Of a stretch of DNA of 64,000 bases, positions 29,554-38,980 are shown in pieces; positions within the stretch are counted from its first letter, which is position 1; each line of letters opens with the position of its first letter. The stretch comes from an uncultured Thermodesulfatator sp. (GTDB lineage Bacteria > Desulfobacterota > Thermodesulfobacteria > Thermodesulfobacteriales > Thermodesulfobacteriaceae), in assembly GCA_964412755.1 (NCBI GenBank), contig CAYPPW010000002.1, positions 18,945 through 82,944 of the forward strand, written 5' to 3'. The translations under genes were made by a program, and so were the position numbers. The notes under the pieces are model-generated. The model searched no databases and had not been told where the DNA came from. It was given only the letters and a program-made list of their open reading frames with translations.

Positions 29554-31016
29554 TAACCAGTATTTACTATAGGTGGAACAAGTCTTAAGTCAAGTTCCTT
29601 TTCTATCTGATAAGCAAGGCTTAATACTAATTCATCTTTAAAATGCGGGCCTATTATTTGAATTCCCACTGGAAGATTGTTAGAAGTAAGTCCTACCGGA
29701 ACACTTATCCCTGGCACACCAGCTAAATTTACCGGGATAGTAAATATATCAGAAAGATACATTTGTAAAGGATCAAAAATCTTTTCTCCTATTTTAAAAG
29801 GTGGAGTAGGAGTAACAGGAGTTAAAATTAAATCTATTTCTTTAAAAGCATTAAGAAAATCTTGTAAAATAAGAGTTCTAACTTTGGATGCCTTTAGATA
29901 AAATGCATCATAATAACCTGCAGATAATGCATAAGTTCCAAGCATGATTCTTCTTTTTACTTCCTTACCAAATCCATAGGCTCTGGTTTTTTTATACATT
30001 TCTATCAAACTCTTTGCCTCTGCTCTAAATCCATACTTTACTCCGTCATAGCGTGCAAGATTTGATGATGCCTCAGCAGGAGCAATTATGTAATAAGTTG
30101 CTACTGCATATTCAGTATGGGGTAAACTAATTTGTGTTATCTTATGCTTTTTTTTAAGTCTTTCTATCACTTCTCCCAAAATCTTAGTCATTTCTTGATC
30201 TATTTCACCTTCAAAATATTCTTTTGGAAGCCCTATTTTATAACAGGTTTTTTCATTTTCTCTTATAAACTTTATATAATCAGGAATTTGTATAGGAGCT
30301 GAGGTTGAATCTTTTGGATCGTATCCTGCAATTATTTGAAGTAAATAAGCAGTATCTTCTACAGTAGTTGCAAAAGGACCAATCTGGTCAAGAGAAGAAG
30401 CAAAAGCAACAAGACCAAACCGAGAAACAAGTCCATAAGTAGGTTTCATTCCTACTACGCCACAAAAAGCAGCAGGTTGTCTTATAGAGCCACCTGTATC
30501 TGATCCTAAGGAACCTAATCCCATTCTACTTGCTACTGCTGCAGCAGATCCACCTGATGAACCACCTGGGACTCTTTCTAAATCCCAGGGATTATGTGTA
30601 GGAAAAAAGCCTGAATTTTCAGTAGAGGATCCCATGGCAAATTCATCCATATTAGTTTTCCCAATAAAAATCGCCCCTTCTTTACTAAGCCTTTCACAAA
30701 CTTCTGCCGAATAAGGTGCAACAAAATTTTGTAATATTTTAGAGGCACAAGTAGTGGGAAATCCTTTTATACAAATATTGTCTTTTATAGAAATGGGGAT
30801 ACCTAAAAGTTTTCCCCCTTCCCCCTTTTTCCTTTTTTCATCTGCCTGTTTACTTAAAGTTAGAGCTACCTCTTCATTTATATATAAAAAAGCTTTTATC
30901 TTGGGATCCAATTTTTTAATCTGATTTATGGTTTCTTTTACTAATTCCTCACTTGAAATTTTTCCTTTTTCTAAAAGTTCCAAAGCTCTAATAATATTAA
31001 GTTCAGCCAAATCCAT
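29553..31016 (-). CDS. gatA: Asp/Glu-tRNA amidotransferase subunit A
   Basis: Amidase signature GGSSGGSAA...GSDTGGSIRQPA plus SSNLARYDG. Confidence 0.98.
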   Translation of the reverse strand: MDLAELNIIRALELLEKGKISSEELVKETINQIKKLDPKIKAFLYINEEVALTLSKQADEKRKKGEGGKLLGIPISIKDNICIKGFPTTCASKILQNFVAPYSAEVCERLSKEGAIFIGKTNMDEFAMGSSTENSGFFPTHNPWDLERVPGGSSGGSAAAVASRMGLGSLGSDTGGSIRQPAAFCGVVGMKPTYGLVSRFGLVAFASSLDQIGPFATTVEDTAYLLQIIAGYDPKDSTSAPIQIPDYIKFIRENEKTCYKIGLPKEYFEGEIDQEMTKILGEVIERLKKKHKITQISLPHTEYAVATYYIIAPAEASSNLARYDGVKYGFRAEAKSLIEMYKKTRAYGFGKEVKRRIMLGTYALSAGYYDAFYLKASKVRTLILQDFLNAFKEIDLILTPVTPTPPFKIGEKIFDPLQMYLSDIFTIPVNLAGVPGISVPVGLTSNNLPVGIQIIGPHFKDELVLSLAYQIEKELDLRLVPPIVNTG

Positions 31017-31036
31017 CTCTTTTAAACCTTAAAAAT

Positions 31037-31330
31037 TTATTTTGTTTTAACTACCTTTGGAACAAGTATCATTTTCTCATAAAGCTGAGGAGCATTTTTC
31101 AGAATATCTTCTATATAAGGAAATTCTTTAGGTTCATCTTCTCTAAAAGGTGTTTTAATTCTTAAAGCATGAAAGGTAGGTGGTATTTTCTCTGTATCAA
31201 GCAATTGAAGTTTTTTAAAATAATCCAAAATTCTTGAAAGCTCATTAGAAAAAATTTGAGCTTCCTTTTCATCAAGTTCAAGTCTACACAAATGAGCAAT
31301 TTTATATACCTCTTCTATAGAAATAGCCAT
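31037..31330 (-). CDS. gatC: Asp/Glu-tRNA amidotransferase subunit C
   Basis: Motifs IAHLCRL, REDE, L.NAP and VPKV; lies upstream of gatA. Confidence 0.93.
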   Translation of the reverse strand: MAISIEEVYKIAHLCRLELDEKEAQIFSNELSRILDYFKKLQLLDTEKIPPTFHALRIKTPFREDEPKEFPYIEDILKNAPQLYEKMILVPKVVKTK

Positions 31331-32103
31331 ATCCTTCCTCCTATTCTTTCTTGCAACACTTTTTTAAGGTTTAAGTATACCCAATTTTTAGCTTTTTTAA
31401 AGGCAATTTGAGGTTCATATCCCTTCACCAAATAAGAAAGAAGTGCTGAAGAAAAGACACAACCTGTTCCGTGAAAGGTACCTTGAATTTTTTTCTTTTT
31501 TAAAAAGATATAATCTCCTTTGGAAGAATAAAAAAAGTCCCATATAAAATATTTTCTTTCCCATCCCTTAATAATAACTGCTTTTATTCCATAAGATAAA
31601 AGTTCCTTTGCAATCTCAAAAAGATGAAGTTTATTTTTTATCTCTTTTTGAGTTAAAACCTCAGCTTCTTTTACATTAGGAGTAATAATATCTAAATAAG
31701 GAAAAATTTCATTTTTTAATGCCTCTAAAAATCCATCAGAAGAAAAAAGCGGGAAATTTAAAGTTGCTGTTAAGACAGGATCTAATATTATCCAGGAAAT
31801 TTTTTTCCTTTCTCTTTTAATTATTTCTGCAATTATTTTTATATTTTGTAAAGTCCCTATCATTCCTATTTTAATCCCCAAAACAGGTAAATCTGAAAAA
31901 AGAAGTTCTAAAGCTCTTTTTAAATAATAAGAATCAACAGGATCCCATTTCTCAAAGATAGAAGTGTTTTGAAGGGTAAGGGTGGTAGGAACCCCGGCCC
32001 CTTTCAGCCCAAAAAGAGAAAAAACTTTAATATCTGCAAGGATTCCAGCAGAACCAGTAGGATCAAATCCTGCTAAACTTAAAATTATCCCTTTTTTCAT
32101 CAA
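31315..32103 (-). CDS. thiD: Hydroxymethylpyrimidine/phosphomethylpyrimidine kinase
   Basis: Motifs AGFDPTGSAGILAD, IKIGM, DPV, ITPN..EA and HGTGC. Confidence 0.88.
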   Translation of the reverse strand: MMKKGIILSLAGFDPTGSAGILADIKVFSLFGLKGAGVPTTLTLQNTSIFEKWDPVDSYYLKRALELLFSDLPVLGIKIGMIGTLQNIKIIAEIIKRERKKISWIILDPVLTATLNFPLFSSDGFLEALKNEIFPYLDIITPNVKEAEVLTQKEIKNKLHLFEIAKELLSYGIKAVIIKGWERKYFIWDFFYSSKGDYIFLKKKKIQGTFHGTGCVFSSALLSYLVKGYEPQIAFKKAKNWVYLNLKKVLQERIGGRIWLFL

Positions 32104-32112
32104 TTCTTTTTC

Positions 32113-33513
32113 TTATTTACCAATACAAAAAGTAGAAAAAATTTGGGTCAAAAGATCTTCTGTAGTTATCTCTCCTATTATTTCAGATAGACTTGAAATT
32201 GCAGCTCTTATTTCCACAGCTACTAACTCTGGTAAAGGATTAGGTTTGGAAAGTTCTGCTAAGGTATTCAAAAGATAGCTTTTTGCATTTTCAAGAGCTA
32301 TTTTTTGTCTCAAATTAGGAACAATCTCAGGTACTATAACTCCTTTTTCTGAAGTTATTTTTTCAAATATTTTTTTATTAAGTATTTCTAAATTAGTACC
32401 CTCTATTACAGAAATTTCTAAAGTTTCATCAACTCCCCATTTAGAAATAAATTCGTTCCATTCTTCTAAATAGTTAGGTTTGATATCTATTTTATTCAAT
32501 AATACAAGATGAGGAAATTCTTTTATTTCCTGATATATTTTATAATCTTGTTCTGATGGTTTTTCACTTACATCTACCATAAAAAGAATTAAATCAGCTT
32601 CTTTAAATTTTTTCTTTGCTCTTTCTACTCCTATTCTTTCTACGAGATCTTCTGTCTCTCTTAGTCCTGCTGTATCTATAAGCTTAACGGGAAGACCCTC
32701 AATATTTGCTTCCTCCTCTAAAAAATCTCTTGTGGTGCCAGGAATAGGAGTCACAATAGCTCTTTCTTCTTTTAAAAGTGCATTCATTAAGGAAGACTTT
32801 CCTACATTAGGTTTACCAGCTATTACTAAACTAATTCCCTCTTTATATATTCTTCCTTCTTCATAATTTTTTATAAGGTTTTCAATAACAGGTAAAATTC
32901 TTTCTTCAATTTTTTTTGAAAGTTTTTCAGGTTCCATTATCTCAATATCTTCTTCTGGAAAATCTATAGCACTTTCAATTTGTACTAATATTTCTAAAAG
33001 TTCATTTTTTAATAAGTTTACTTTTTCAGAAAGTCTACCCATTAAAGTATTAATAGCTAAATTTAAGGCTGTTTCTGTTTTGGCTGATACAATCTCTTGA
33101 ATAGCTTCTGCTTGAGATAGATCTATTCTTCCGTTAAGATAAGCTCTTAAAGTAAACTCTCCTGGTTCAGCAGGTCTTGCTCCACAAAGAAGAACTATTT
33201 CTAAAATCTTTTTAAGAATATAATATCCACTATGGGCATATATTTCCACTACGTCCTCTCGGGTATAAGTTTTTGGTTTTTTCATATATACTACAAGAAC
33301 TTCATCTATTATCTTATTATCTCTTGGATCTACAATAAAACCATAATAAAGTCTGTGAGACTCAAAACTTTCTCTTGGTTTTACAGGATGAAAAACCTTT
33401 TTTAATATAGAAAGACTTAATTCTCCACTTATTTTAATAACACCTATAGCACCCTTACCAGGAGGAGTAGCAATAGCAGCTATAGTATCTTCAGGATAAA
33501 GCCGAAGTTGCAA
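32113..33513 (-). CDS. mnmE: tRNA modification GTPase MnmE
   Basis: Motifs DTIAAIATP, GKPNVGKSSL, PGTTRD, DTAG and NKID, with C-terminal FCIGK. Confidence 0.98.
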   Translation of the reverse strand: MQLRLYPEDTIAAIATPPGKGAIGVIKISGELSLSILKKVFHPVKPRESFESHRLYYGFIVDPRDNKIIDEVLVVYMKKPKTYTREDVVEIYAHSGYYILKKILEIVLLCGARPAEPGEFTLRAYLNGRIDLSQAEAIQEIVSAKTETALNLAINTLMGRLSEKVNLLKNELLEILVQIESAIDFPEEDIEIMEPEKLSKKIEERILPVIENLIKNYEEGRIYKEGISLVIAGKPNVGKSSLMNALLKEERAIVTPIPGTTRDFLEEEANIEGLPVKLIDTAGLRETEDLVERIGVERAKKKFKEADLILFMVDVSEKPSEQDYKIYQEIKEFPHLVLLNKIDIKPNYLEEWNEFISKWGVDETLEISVIEGTNLEILNKKIFEKITSEKGVIVPEIVPNLRQKIALENAKSYLLNTLAELSKPNPLPELVAVEIRAAISSLSEIIGEITTEDLLTQIFSTFCIGK

Positions 33514-34167
33514 TTATTCTTTCCAGTTTAGTATTATTCTTTTTTGCCTCCCTTCTCCTTCTATGGTATAACTTATGTTTTTTTCCTCTTGCTTAAGAAT
33601 ATTAGTTACAATTTTTTGTTCTCTTTGTGAACCAACTTTTATAACTTGAGATTCCCTAGTAGTTTTTACTTTTTCAATTGCTCTTTTTACAGCATTTACA
33701 AGTTTTTTTTCTTTTTCAATATCAATTCCCTGTGGTTTAAGAATAATTTTAGGTCCAACTCCCAAAGCTTTAGCTACTACTTTATTAGTTAAAAATTCTA
33801 ATGCTGAAAGAGGCTCTGCTCCATTTTCAATTAAATACTTTATATCTTCTCCTGAGAATAAAATTTCAACTTGCATTTGATCTTTTAAAAGATTAACCTT
33901 GGTTTCCACATTAAACCCAGCATAATTAAGAAGGTCTTTAAGAAACATCAAGGCTTTGTTTGCTCTTTCTGATAATATTTTGTCAGATTTTATCTTGGCT
34001 TTGATTTTAATTTTTTTTCCTGAAATACCTAAAAGACTTGAACTTGTATTGTATTCAAGAATTTCTATTTCTAAATCTTGTGGGATGCAACCTAATTCCT
34101 GACAAGCAGTTTCAACCAATTGATCTAAACTTTTCCCTTCTAATTCTTTTTCTATCATAGCTTCCAC
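33514..34167 (-). CDS. Jag/EloR (KhpB)-like protein with degenerate KH and R3H motifs
   Basis: Jag_N domain (GKS...VE.A..ELG...LEIEIL), conserved position between yidC and mnmE, and a GEG..RII tail. Confidence 0.8.
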   Translation of the reverse strand: MEAMIEKELEGKSLDQLVETACQELGCIPQDLEIEILEYNTSSSLLGISGKKIKIKAKIKSDKILSERANKALMFLKDLLNYAGFNVETKVNLLKDQMQVEILFSGEDIKYLIENGAEPLSALEFLTNKVVAKALGVGPKIILKPQGIDIEKEKKLVNAVKRAIEKVKTTRESQVIKVGSQREQKIVTNILKQEEKNISYTIEGEGRQKRIILNWKE

Positions 34168-34175
34168 CTCTTAAA

Positions 34176-35783
34176 TTATTTTTTAGCTAATCTAAGAGTA
34201 AAAATTTGTTGAATAATAGACAAAATATTGTTAACAAACCAATATAATACTAATCCTGAAGGAAAATTCATAAAAAGAATGATAAAAATCAGAGGAAGTA
34301 AGAGCATTATTTTATTTTGTAAAGGATCTGTAGAAGGAGGAGAAAGTTTTTGTTGAACAAACATAGAAACACCCATTAAAATTGTAAGAAGAGGTATCCC
34401 ATAAAATCTTTCAGGAGCACTTAAGTCACTAATCCATAACCAAAAAGGAGCATGTCTTAACTCAATTGCCATAAGTAATACTTTATACATAGCTATAAAT
34501 ATAGGAATTTGAATAAGAATGGGTAAACACCCAGAAAAAGGATTAATTTTATAAGTTTTATAAATATTCATAAGTTCTTTGTTTAGTGTTTGAGGATCGT
34601 CTTTATATTTTTCTCTAAGTTTTTGAATGATAGGCTGAATTTCTTGCATTTTTTTCATACTTTTATAACTCATATGATTTAAAGGGAAGAAAAATATTCT
34701 TAAAACAATCGTAATAAAAATAATATCCCATCCAAAATTACCTGTAAACTTGTGAATAAACTTTAGGGTATAAAGTAAAGGTTTAGCAATAAAATCAAAG
34801 ATACCAAAATAAAGAGCTTTTCCTAAAAGCGGATATTCTTTTTTCATCTCTTCTATTTTTTTGGGACCCATATAAACCTTAAATTTATAAGTTATCTCTT
34901 GTTGCGGAGCTAATTCAAAAGGAGGAAGCCATAATATAAATTCTTGTAAATTTTTATTTAGGTTTCGAAAAGTGGCTCTATAGTTAATATTACCTAAATT
35001 ATCAGGAATTAAAGCTACTATAAAATAAGTATCTTCATATCCAAGATATTTTAAAAATCCAGAATATTCTTCTAATTCATTTTTTATTTTTACCTCATTT
35101 AAATGATTAGTATAATAAAAAGGACCTTTAAATACATATTTGGTGCCATCCGCAAAGGGAGAAAAAGCACCTCTTAAAAGAACTCTATCTTTAACAGGAA
35201 CTTTACCTAAATTTAAAACTTTAAAGTTCATATCTATAAAATAAGAATCTTTCTTAAAAATTAATTTTTTTTCTAGGAGAAGCTCTTTAAAAGTAGTTCT
35301 AAAAACCAGATATTCCGTATCTCCTTTTTCAAATATATAATTAGTTTTTTCGGGTCCTTGATAATTAATAATAGCTACCTCAGGAGAGGATTCTAAATAA
35401 ATCTCTAAAGGTAAGGATTCAGGTGCTCCAGAAACCAGGTTTATTTCTTCTTTTTCCCCCCTTTTTTTAGCATAATTCTTTAATGTAAAGGTTTCAAATC
35501 TTACTCCCAATGAAGAAAGGGTAGCGGTATATTTAGGAGAATTTATCCAATAAATTTGAGATCCCTCTTCCAAAATTTTGTATTTTTCTTTTATTTCTGA
35601 AGATTTTTGATCTTTCAATAAATCTTTACTTACCTCTTCTTTTTCTATTTTTTGAACTTGAAATTCTTTATAAGATCTTATATTTTCATATTTTGAACTA
35701 GAAAAAAGTTTCATATAAAGATAATTAAAGAAAAGAATAACTCCCAAAGATAATACAATAGCTAATAAGGCCCTTTTTTCCAT
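34176..35783 (-). CDS. yidC: Membrane protein insertase YidC
   Basis: Periplasmic domain plus GPK, GNFGW.II..T, SMKKMQ.IQP, GCLPILIQIPIF and GLVLYW. Confidence 0.97.
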   Translation of the reverse strand: MEKRALLAIVLSLGVILFFNYLYMKLFSSSKYENIRSYKEFQVQKIEKEEVSKDLLKDQKSSEIKEKYKILEEGSQIYWINSPKYTATLSSLGVRFETFTLKNYAKKRGEKEEINLVSGAPESLPLEIYLESSPEVAIINYQGPEKTNYIFEKGDTEYLVFRTTFKELLLEKKLIFKKDSYFIDMNFKVLNLGKVPVKDRVLLRGAFSPFADGTKYVFKGPFYYTNHLNEVKIKNELEEYSGFLKYLGYEDTYFIVALIPDNLGNINYRATFRNLNKNLQEFILWLPPFELAPQQEITYKFKVYMGPKKIEEMKKEYPLLGKALYFGIFDFIAKPLLYTLKFIHKFTGNFGWDIIFITIVLRIFFFPLNHMSYKSMKKMQEIQPIIQKLREKYKDDPQTLNKELMNIYKTYKINPFSGCLPILIQIPIFIAMYKVLLMAIELRHAPFWLWISDLSAPERFYGIPLLTILMGVSMFVQQKLSPPSTDPLQNKIMLLLPLIFIILFMNFPSGLVLYWFVNNILSIIQQIFTLRLAKK

Positions 35784-36037
35784 TAAAATACTTCCTCCCT
35801 TTTAATTCCATTTGGGTAAATTGGATCATATCCACCTTGAGAAAAGGGGTGACATCTTAAAATTCTTTTTAACCCTAAAAAGGATCCCTTAAGGACTCCA
35901 TATTTTTTAATAGCTTGTTTTGTATATTCACTACAAGATGGGTAAAATTTGCAATTATATCCTAAATATATAGAAATAAAAGGCGAAATAAATCTTTGAT
36001 AGAATTCAATAAATTTAATTATCAGCCTTTTTATCAT
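35783..36037 (-). CDS. yidD: Membrane protein insertion efficiency factor YidD
   Basis: Motifs [17 protein letters not shown] and [15 protein letters not shown]. Confidence 0.96.
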   Translation of the reverse strand: MIKRLIIKFIEFYQRFISPFISIYLGYNCKFYPSCSEYTKQAIKKYGVLKGSFLGLKRILRCHPFSQGGYDPIYPNGIKREEVF

Positions 36038-36395
36038 TGAAAGAAGTCTCTACTTTTAAAGAAAGAATTTTTTCTTTTACCATGCTTTCCAGTTTATTAT
36101 AATCTAAATTTAGTAAATTCGGATGAGGAATAATTATTATATCACAATTTTTAGGAAAACATTCTTTATTTTTTCTAAATAGTTCTCTTATCCATCTTTT
36201 TACTTTATTTCTTTGTGTAGCTTTTTTAATTTTTTTAGAAACTACTATTCCTAACCTTCTGTAATTTAAGTTATTTAGTTTATATATTATTAATAAAACC
36301 GAATTTATCCAAAGTTTTTGGCCTTCTTTAAATACTGCTTGAAAATCTTTATCTTTTTTTAATCTTTCCTTTTTAGAAAAACCTTCTTTTTTCAT
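36015..36395 (-). CDS. rnpA: Ribonuclease P protein component
   Basis: Motifs RL...DF and [19 protein letters not shown] (RNR motif). Confidence 0.95.
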   Translation of the reverse strand: MKKEGFSKKERLKKDKDFQAVFKEGQKLWINSVLLIIYKLNNLNYRRLGIVVSKKIKKATQRNKVKRWIRELFRKNKECFPKNCDIIIIPHPNLLNLDYNKLESMVKEKILSLKVETSFNDKKADN

Positions 36396-36529
36396 TAAAC
36401 TGTTAGACGCCAGCGTCCCTTTTTCCTCCTATTTTTAAGGATCTTTCTACCTGAACGTGTTTTCATCCTTGCTCTAAACCCGTGTCTTCTTTTCATTTTT
36501 ATTTTACTAGGCTGATATGTTCTTTTCAT
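36395..36529 (-). CDS. rpmH: 50S ribosomal protein L34 (not in the ORF track)
   Basis: Translated by hand as [51 protein letters not shown] upstream; the stop overlaps the rnpA ATG (TAATG). Confidence 0.98.
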   Translation of the reverse strand: MKRTYQPSKIKMKRRHGFRARMKTRSGRKILKNRRKKGRWRLTV

Positions 36530-36597
36530 ACATCTTCCTCCTTCAAATTTTACAAGATATTAACATCTTTTAAAAATTTTTCTACAGTTTAAAATAG

Positions 36598-37416
36598 ATG
36601 AAAAATTTTTATAAAATTAATATGGAAAATTCTAAAATCAACCGGATTTTGAATCAAATTTTAATAGAAAAATATTATGAAATACTTAAGAGAAAAGAAA
36701 GAGGCCTTTATTTCAGACCATTTTGGGAAAGAACTCCCATAAATTTTAAGAATTATCTATTAAAGCAAAATTTTACAGTAATTGCTGAAATAAAAAGAGC
36801 AAGTCCTTTAAAAGGGGATTTAAGATCAGATTTTAATCCCATATTTTTATTAAGGGCATATGAAAAAGGGGGTGCAAAAGCTATTTCTGTAATTACAGAA
36901 GAGGTGTATTTTAAAGGATCTTTAGAATATTTAGCTACTATCAGAGTGAATACTAATCTACCTATTTTAAGAAAAGATTTCATTTTTGATCCTGTTCAAA
37001 TAGAAGAAGCAAAAGCTTTTGGAGCTGATGCAATTTTATTAATAGCTTCTATTTTATCTAAAGATGAACTTTCAGAATTAATTAAATATGCTAATAAATT
37101 AGACATTTCCTCTTTGGTAGAAATTCATAATGAAGAAGAACTTGAAAAGGCTCTCTCAGCAGGAGCTAAAATAATAGGAATAAATAATAGGAATTTAGGT
37201 ACTTTTAAAGTAAACCTCAATCAGAGTATTAAAATTTTCCCCTTAATTCCCAAAAATATTCCAGTAATCGCAGAAAGTGGTTATAATAATTCTAAAGAGC
37301 TTAAAGAAATTAAGAAATTAGGATTTAAAGGAGTATTAATAGGAACTTCTCTGGTAAAAAGCAAAGACCCAGAAAAAAAATTAAAAAGTTTGTTGGAGGA
37401 CTTAAAAGATGTATAA
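36598..37416 (+). CDS. trpC: Indole-3-glycerol phosphate synthase (start may be ATG 36622)
   Basis: Motifs IAEIKRASP.KG, PILRKDF, GADAILLI, GINNRNL and AESG. Confidence 0.96.
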   Translation: MKNFYKINMENSKINRILNQILIEKYYEILKRKERGLYFRPFWERTPINFKNYLLKQNFTVIAEIKRASPLKGDLRSDFNPIFLLRAYEKGGAKAISVITEEVYFKGSLEYLATIRVNTNLPILRKDFIFDPVQIEEAKAFGADAILLIASILSKDELSELIKYANKLDISSLVEIHNEEELEKALSAGAKIIGINNRNLGTFKVNLNQSIKIFPLIPKNIPVIAESGYNNSKELKEIKKLGFKGVLIGTSLVKSKDPEKKLKSLLEDLKDV

Positions 37417-37786
37417 ACCAAATTTTGAAAAAGGAGGAAATTTAGTGCCGGCTATTATTCAAGATTATAAAACCGGGAAGGTTTTAATGCTTGGCTTTAT
37501 TAATGAATCTGCTTGGGAAAAAACTCTTCAAACTAACTTAGTGCATTTTTACAGTAGAACAAGAAATAAACTTTGGCTTAAGGGAGAAACCTCAGGAAAT
37601 TACTTAGTTGTCAGAGAAATATATGTAGATTGTGATGAAGATACTATTCTTATTAAGGCGGAACCTAAAGGACCTGTTTGTCACGAAGGTTATATGAGTT
37701 GTTTTTATCGAAAATTGGAAAATAACGAATTAAAAATTATAGAAGAAAAAATTTATCATCCGGAGGAAGTTTATGGAAAAGCTTAA
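37409..37786 (+). CDS. hisI: Phosphoribosyl-AMP cyclohydrolase
   Basis: Motifs SRTR.KLWLKGETSG, DCDED and CH.G..SCF. Confidence 0.96.
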   Translation: MYKPNFEKGGNLVPAIIQDYKTGKVLMLGFINESAWEKTLQTNLVHFYSRTRNKLWLKGETSGNYLVVREIYVDCDEDTILIKAEPKGPVCHEGYMSCFYRKLENNELKIIEEKIYHPEEVYGKA

Positions 37787-38645
37787 ATTTGGAATTCCTA
37801 AGGGAAGTTTAGAAAAAGCCACCATTGAATTATTTGAAAAGGCGGGTTGGAGTATAGAAGTTCATCACCGAAACTATTTTCCAGAAGTTGACGATCTTGA
37901 GCTTGAGATGGTAATTTGTAGACCTCAAGAAATGAGTAAATATGTTGAAGCAGGAATCCTTGATGCAGGAATTACAGGCAAGGATTGGATTTTAGAAAAT
38001 GAATCTAAAGTAATAATTGTAGAAGATCTTATATATTCTAAAATAAGTAAAAGACCAGCTAGATGGGTTCTTGCAGTCAAAGAAGACTCACAAATAGAGA
38101 AATTAGAGGATTTAAAAAATAAAAAAATAAGTACAGAACTTGTCAATTTTACAAGAAAATTTTTCCAACAAAAAGGAATCCCTGTAGAAGTAAATTATTC
38201 TTGGGGAGCTACAGAAGCAAAAGTAGTTCAAGGACTTTCAGATGCAATCGTAGAGGTTACAGAAACTGGCACTACAATAAGAGCTCATGGCCTTAAAATT
38301 ATTCAAGAACTTTTAGTTACTTATCCACAACTAATTGCTAATGAATTAGCTTGGCAAGATGAATGGAAAAGAAAGAAAATACAACAAATTGCGATTCTTT
38401 TAAAGGGTGCTTTAAATGCTTACAAAAAAGTGGGACTAAAAATGAATGTTCCTGAAGAAAGTCTTGAAAAAATAGTTAAAATTCTTCCAAGTATCACCTC
38501 CCCCACAATCTCACCACTTTATCAAAAAAAATGGTACGCTTTAGAAGTCGTAGTTTCTGAAAAAGAAGTTAGGGAACTTGTTCCTAAACTTTTAGAATTA
38601 GGAGCCGAAGGAATTATTGAATATAGTTTAAATAAAATAATTTGA
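37773..38645 (+). CDS. hisG: ATP phosphoribosyltransferase, long form
   Basis: Motifs PKGSL, DAGITG.D, GATE and ETGTT, with a C-terminal regulatory domain. Confidence 0.96.
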   Translation: MEKLKFGIPKGSLEKATIELFEKAGWSIEVHHRNYFPEVDDLELEMVICRPQEMSKYVEAGILDAGITGKDWILENESKVIIVEDLIYSKISKRPARWVLAVKEDSQIEKLEDLKNKKISTELVNFTRKFFQQKGIPVEVNYSWGATEAKVVQGLSDAIVEVTETGTTIRAHGLKIIQELLVTYPQLIANELAWQDEWKRKKIQQIAILLKGALNAYKKVGLKMNVPEESLEKIVKILPSITSPTISPLYQKKWYALEVVVSEKEVRELVPKLLELGAEGIIEYSLNKII

Positions 38646-38653
38646 AATAAAAT

Positions 38654-38980
38654 ATGCAAAGACTTCCTATATATTATATAAAACCTGGTATGAAAACTTA
38701 CGAAGAGGTAATTGATGCTAATGGCAGAGTTTTGTGTGGAAAAGGAGTAGAGCTTACAGAAGAACATATTAAAAGATTTGAAGAACTTGGGGTAAATTTT
38801 ATTACTGTAGAAGGAAATCCTGTTTCTTTACCCTGGGAAAAATCATTAGAAGTTGAATTAAAGGAACTGGAAGAGAGATTTGAGGGTGTAACTGATGAAA
38901 ACTTACTTGAAATAAAAAGAATTCTTAAAGAATTTTTAAAAGAAAAATATAAGGAAAGTGAGGAAACACAAGAACTTTAA
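38654..38980 (+). CDS. Small hypothetical protein resembling the N-terminal module of HD-GYP/HDOD-associated proteins
   Basis: Pattern IKPGM....V....G.VL...G.ELT...I..F..LGV..I.V. Overlaps the HDOD ORF start. Confidence 0.75.
   Translation: MQRLPIYYIKPGMKTYEEVIDANGRVLCGKGVELTEEHIKRFEELGVNFITVEGNPVSLPWEKSLEVELKELEERFEGVTDENLLEIKRILKEFLKEKYKESEETQEL

Noticed and set aside
7321-36590. Recurring TTTTAAAAA(A)TTTT tracts in intergenic regions (about 7325, 11530, 24367, 36567)
   Set aside because: These are low-complexity A/T runs expected at this base composition and cannot be called an operator.
38321-38329. DnaA box TTATCCACA as an oriC signal
   Set aside because: It is a single copy inside hisG coding sequence, with no cluster or unwinding element.
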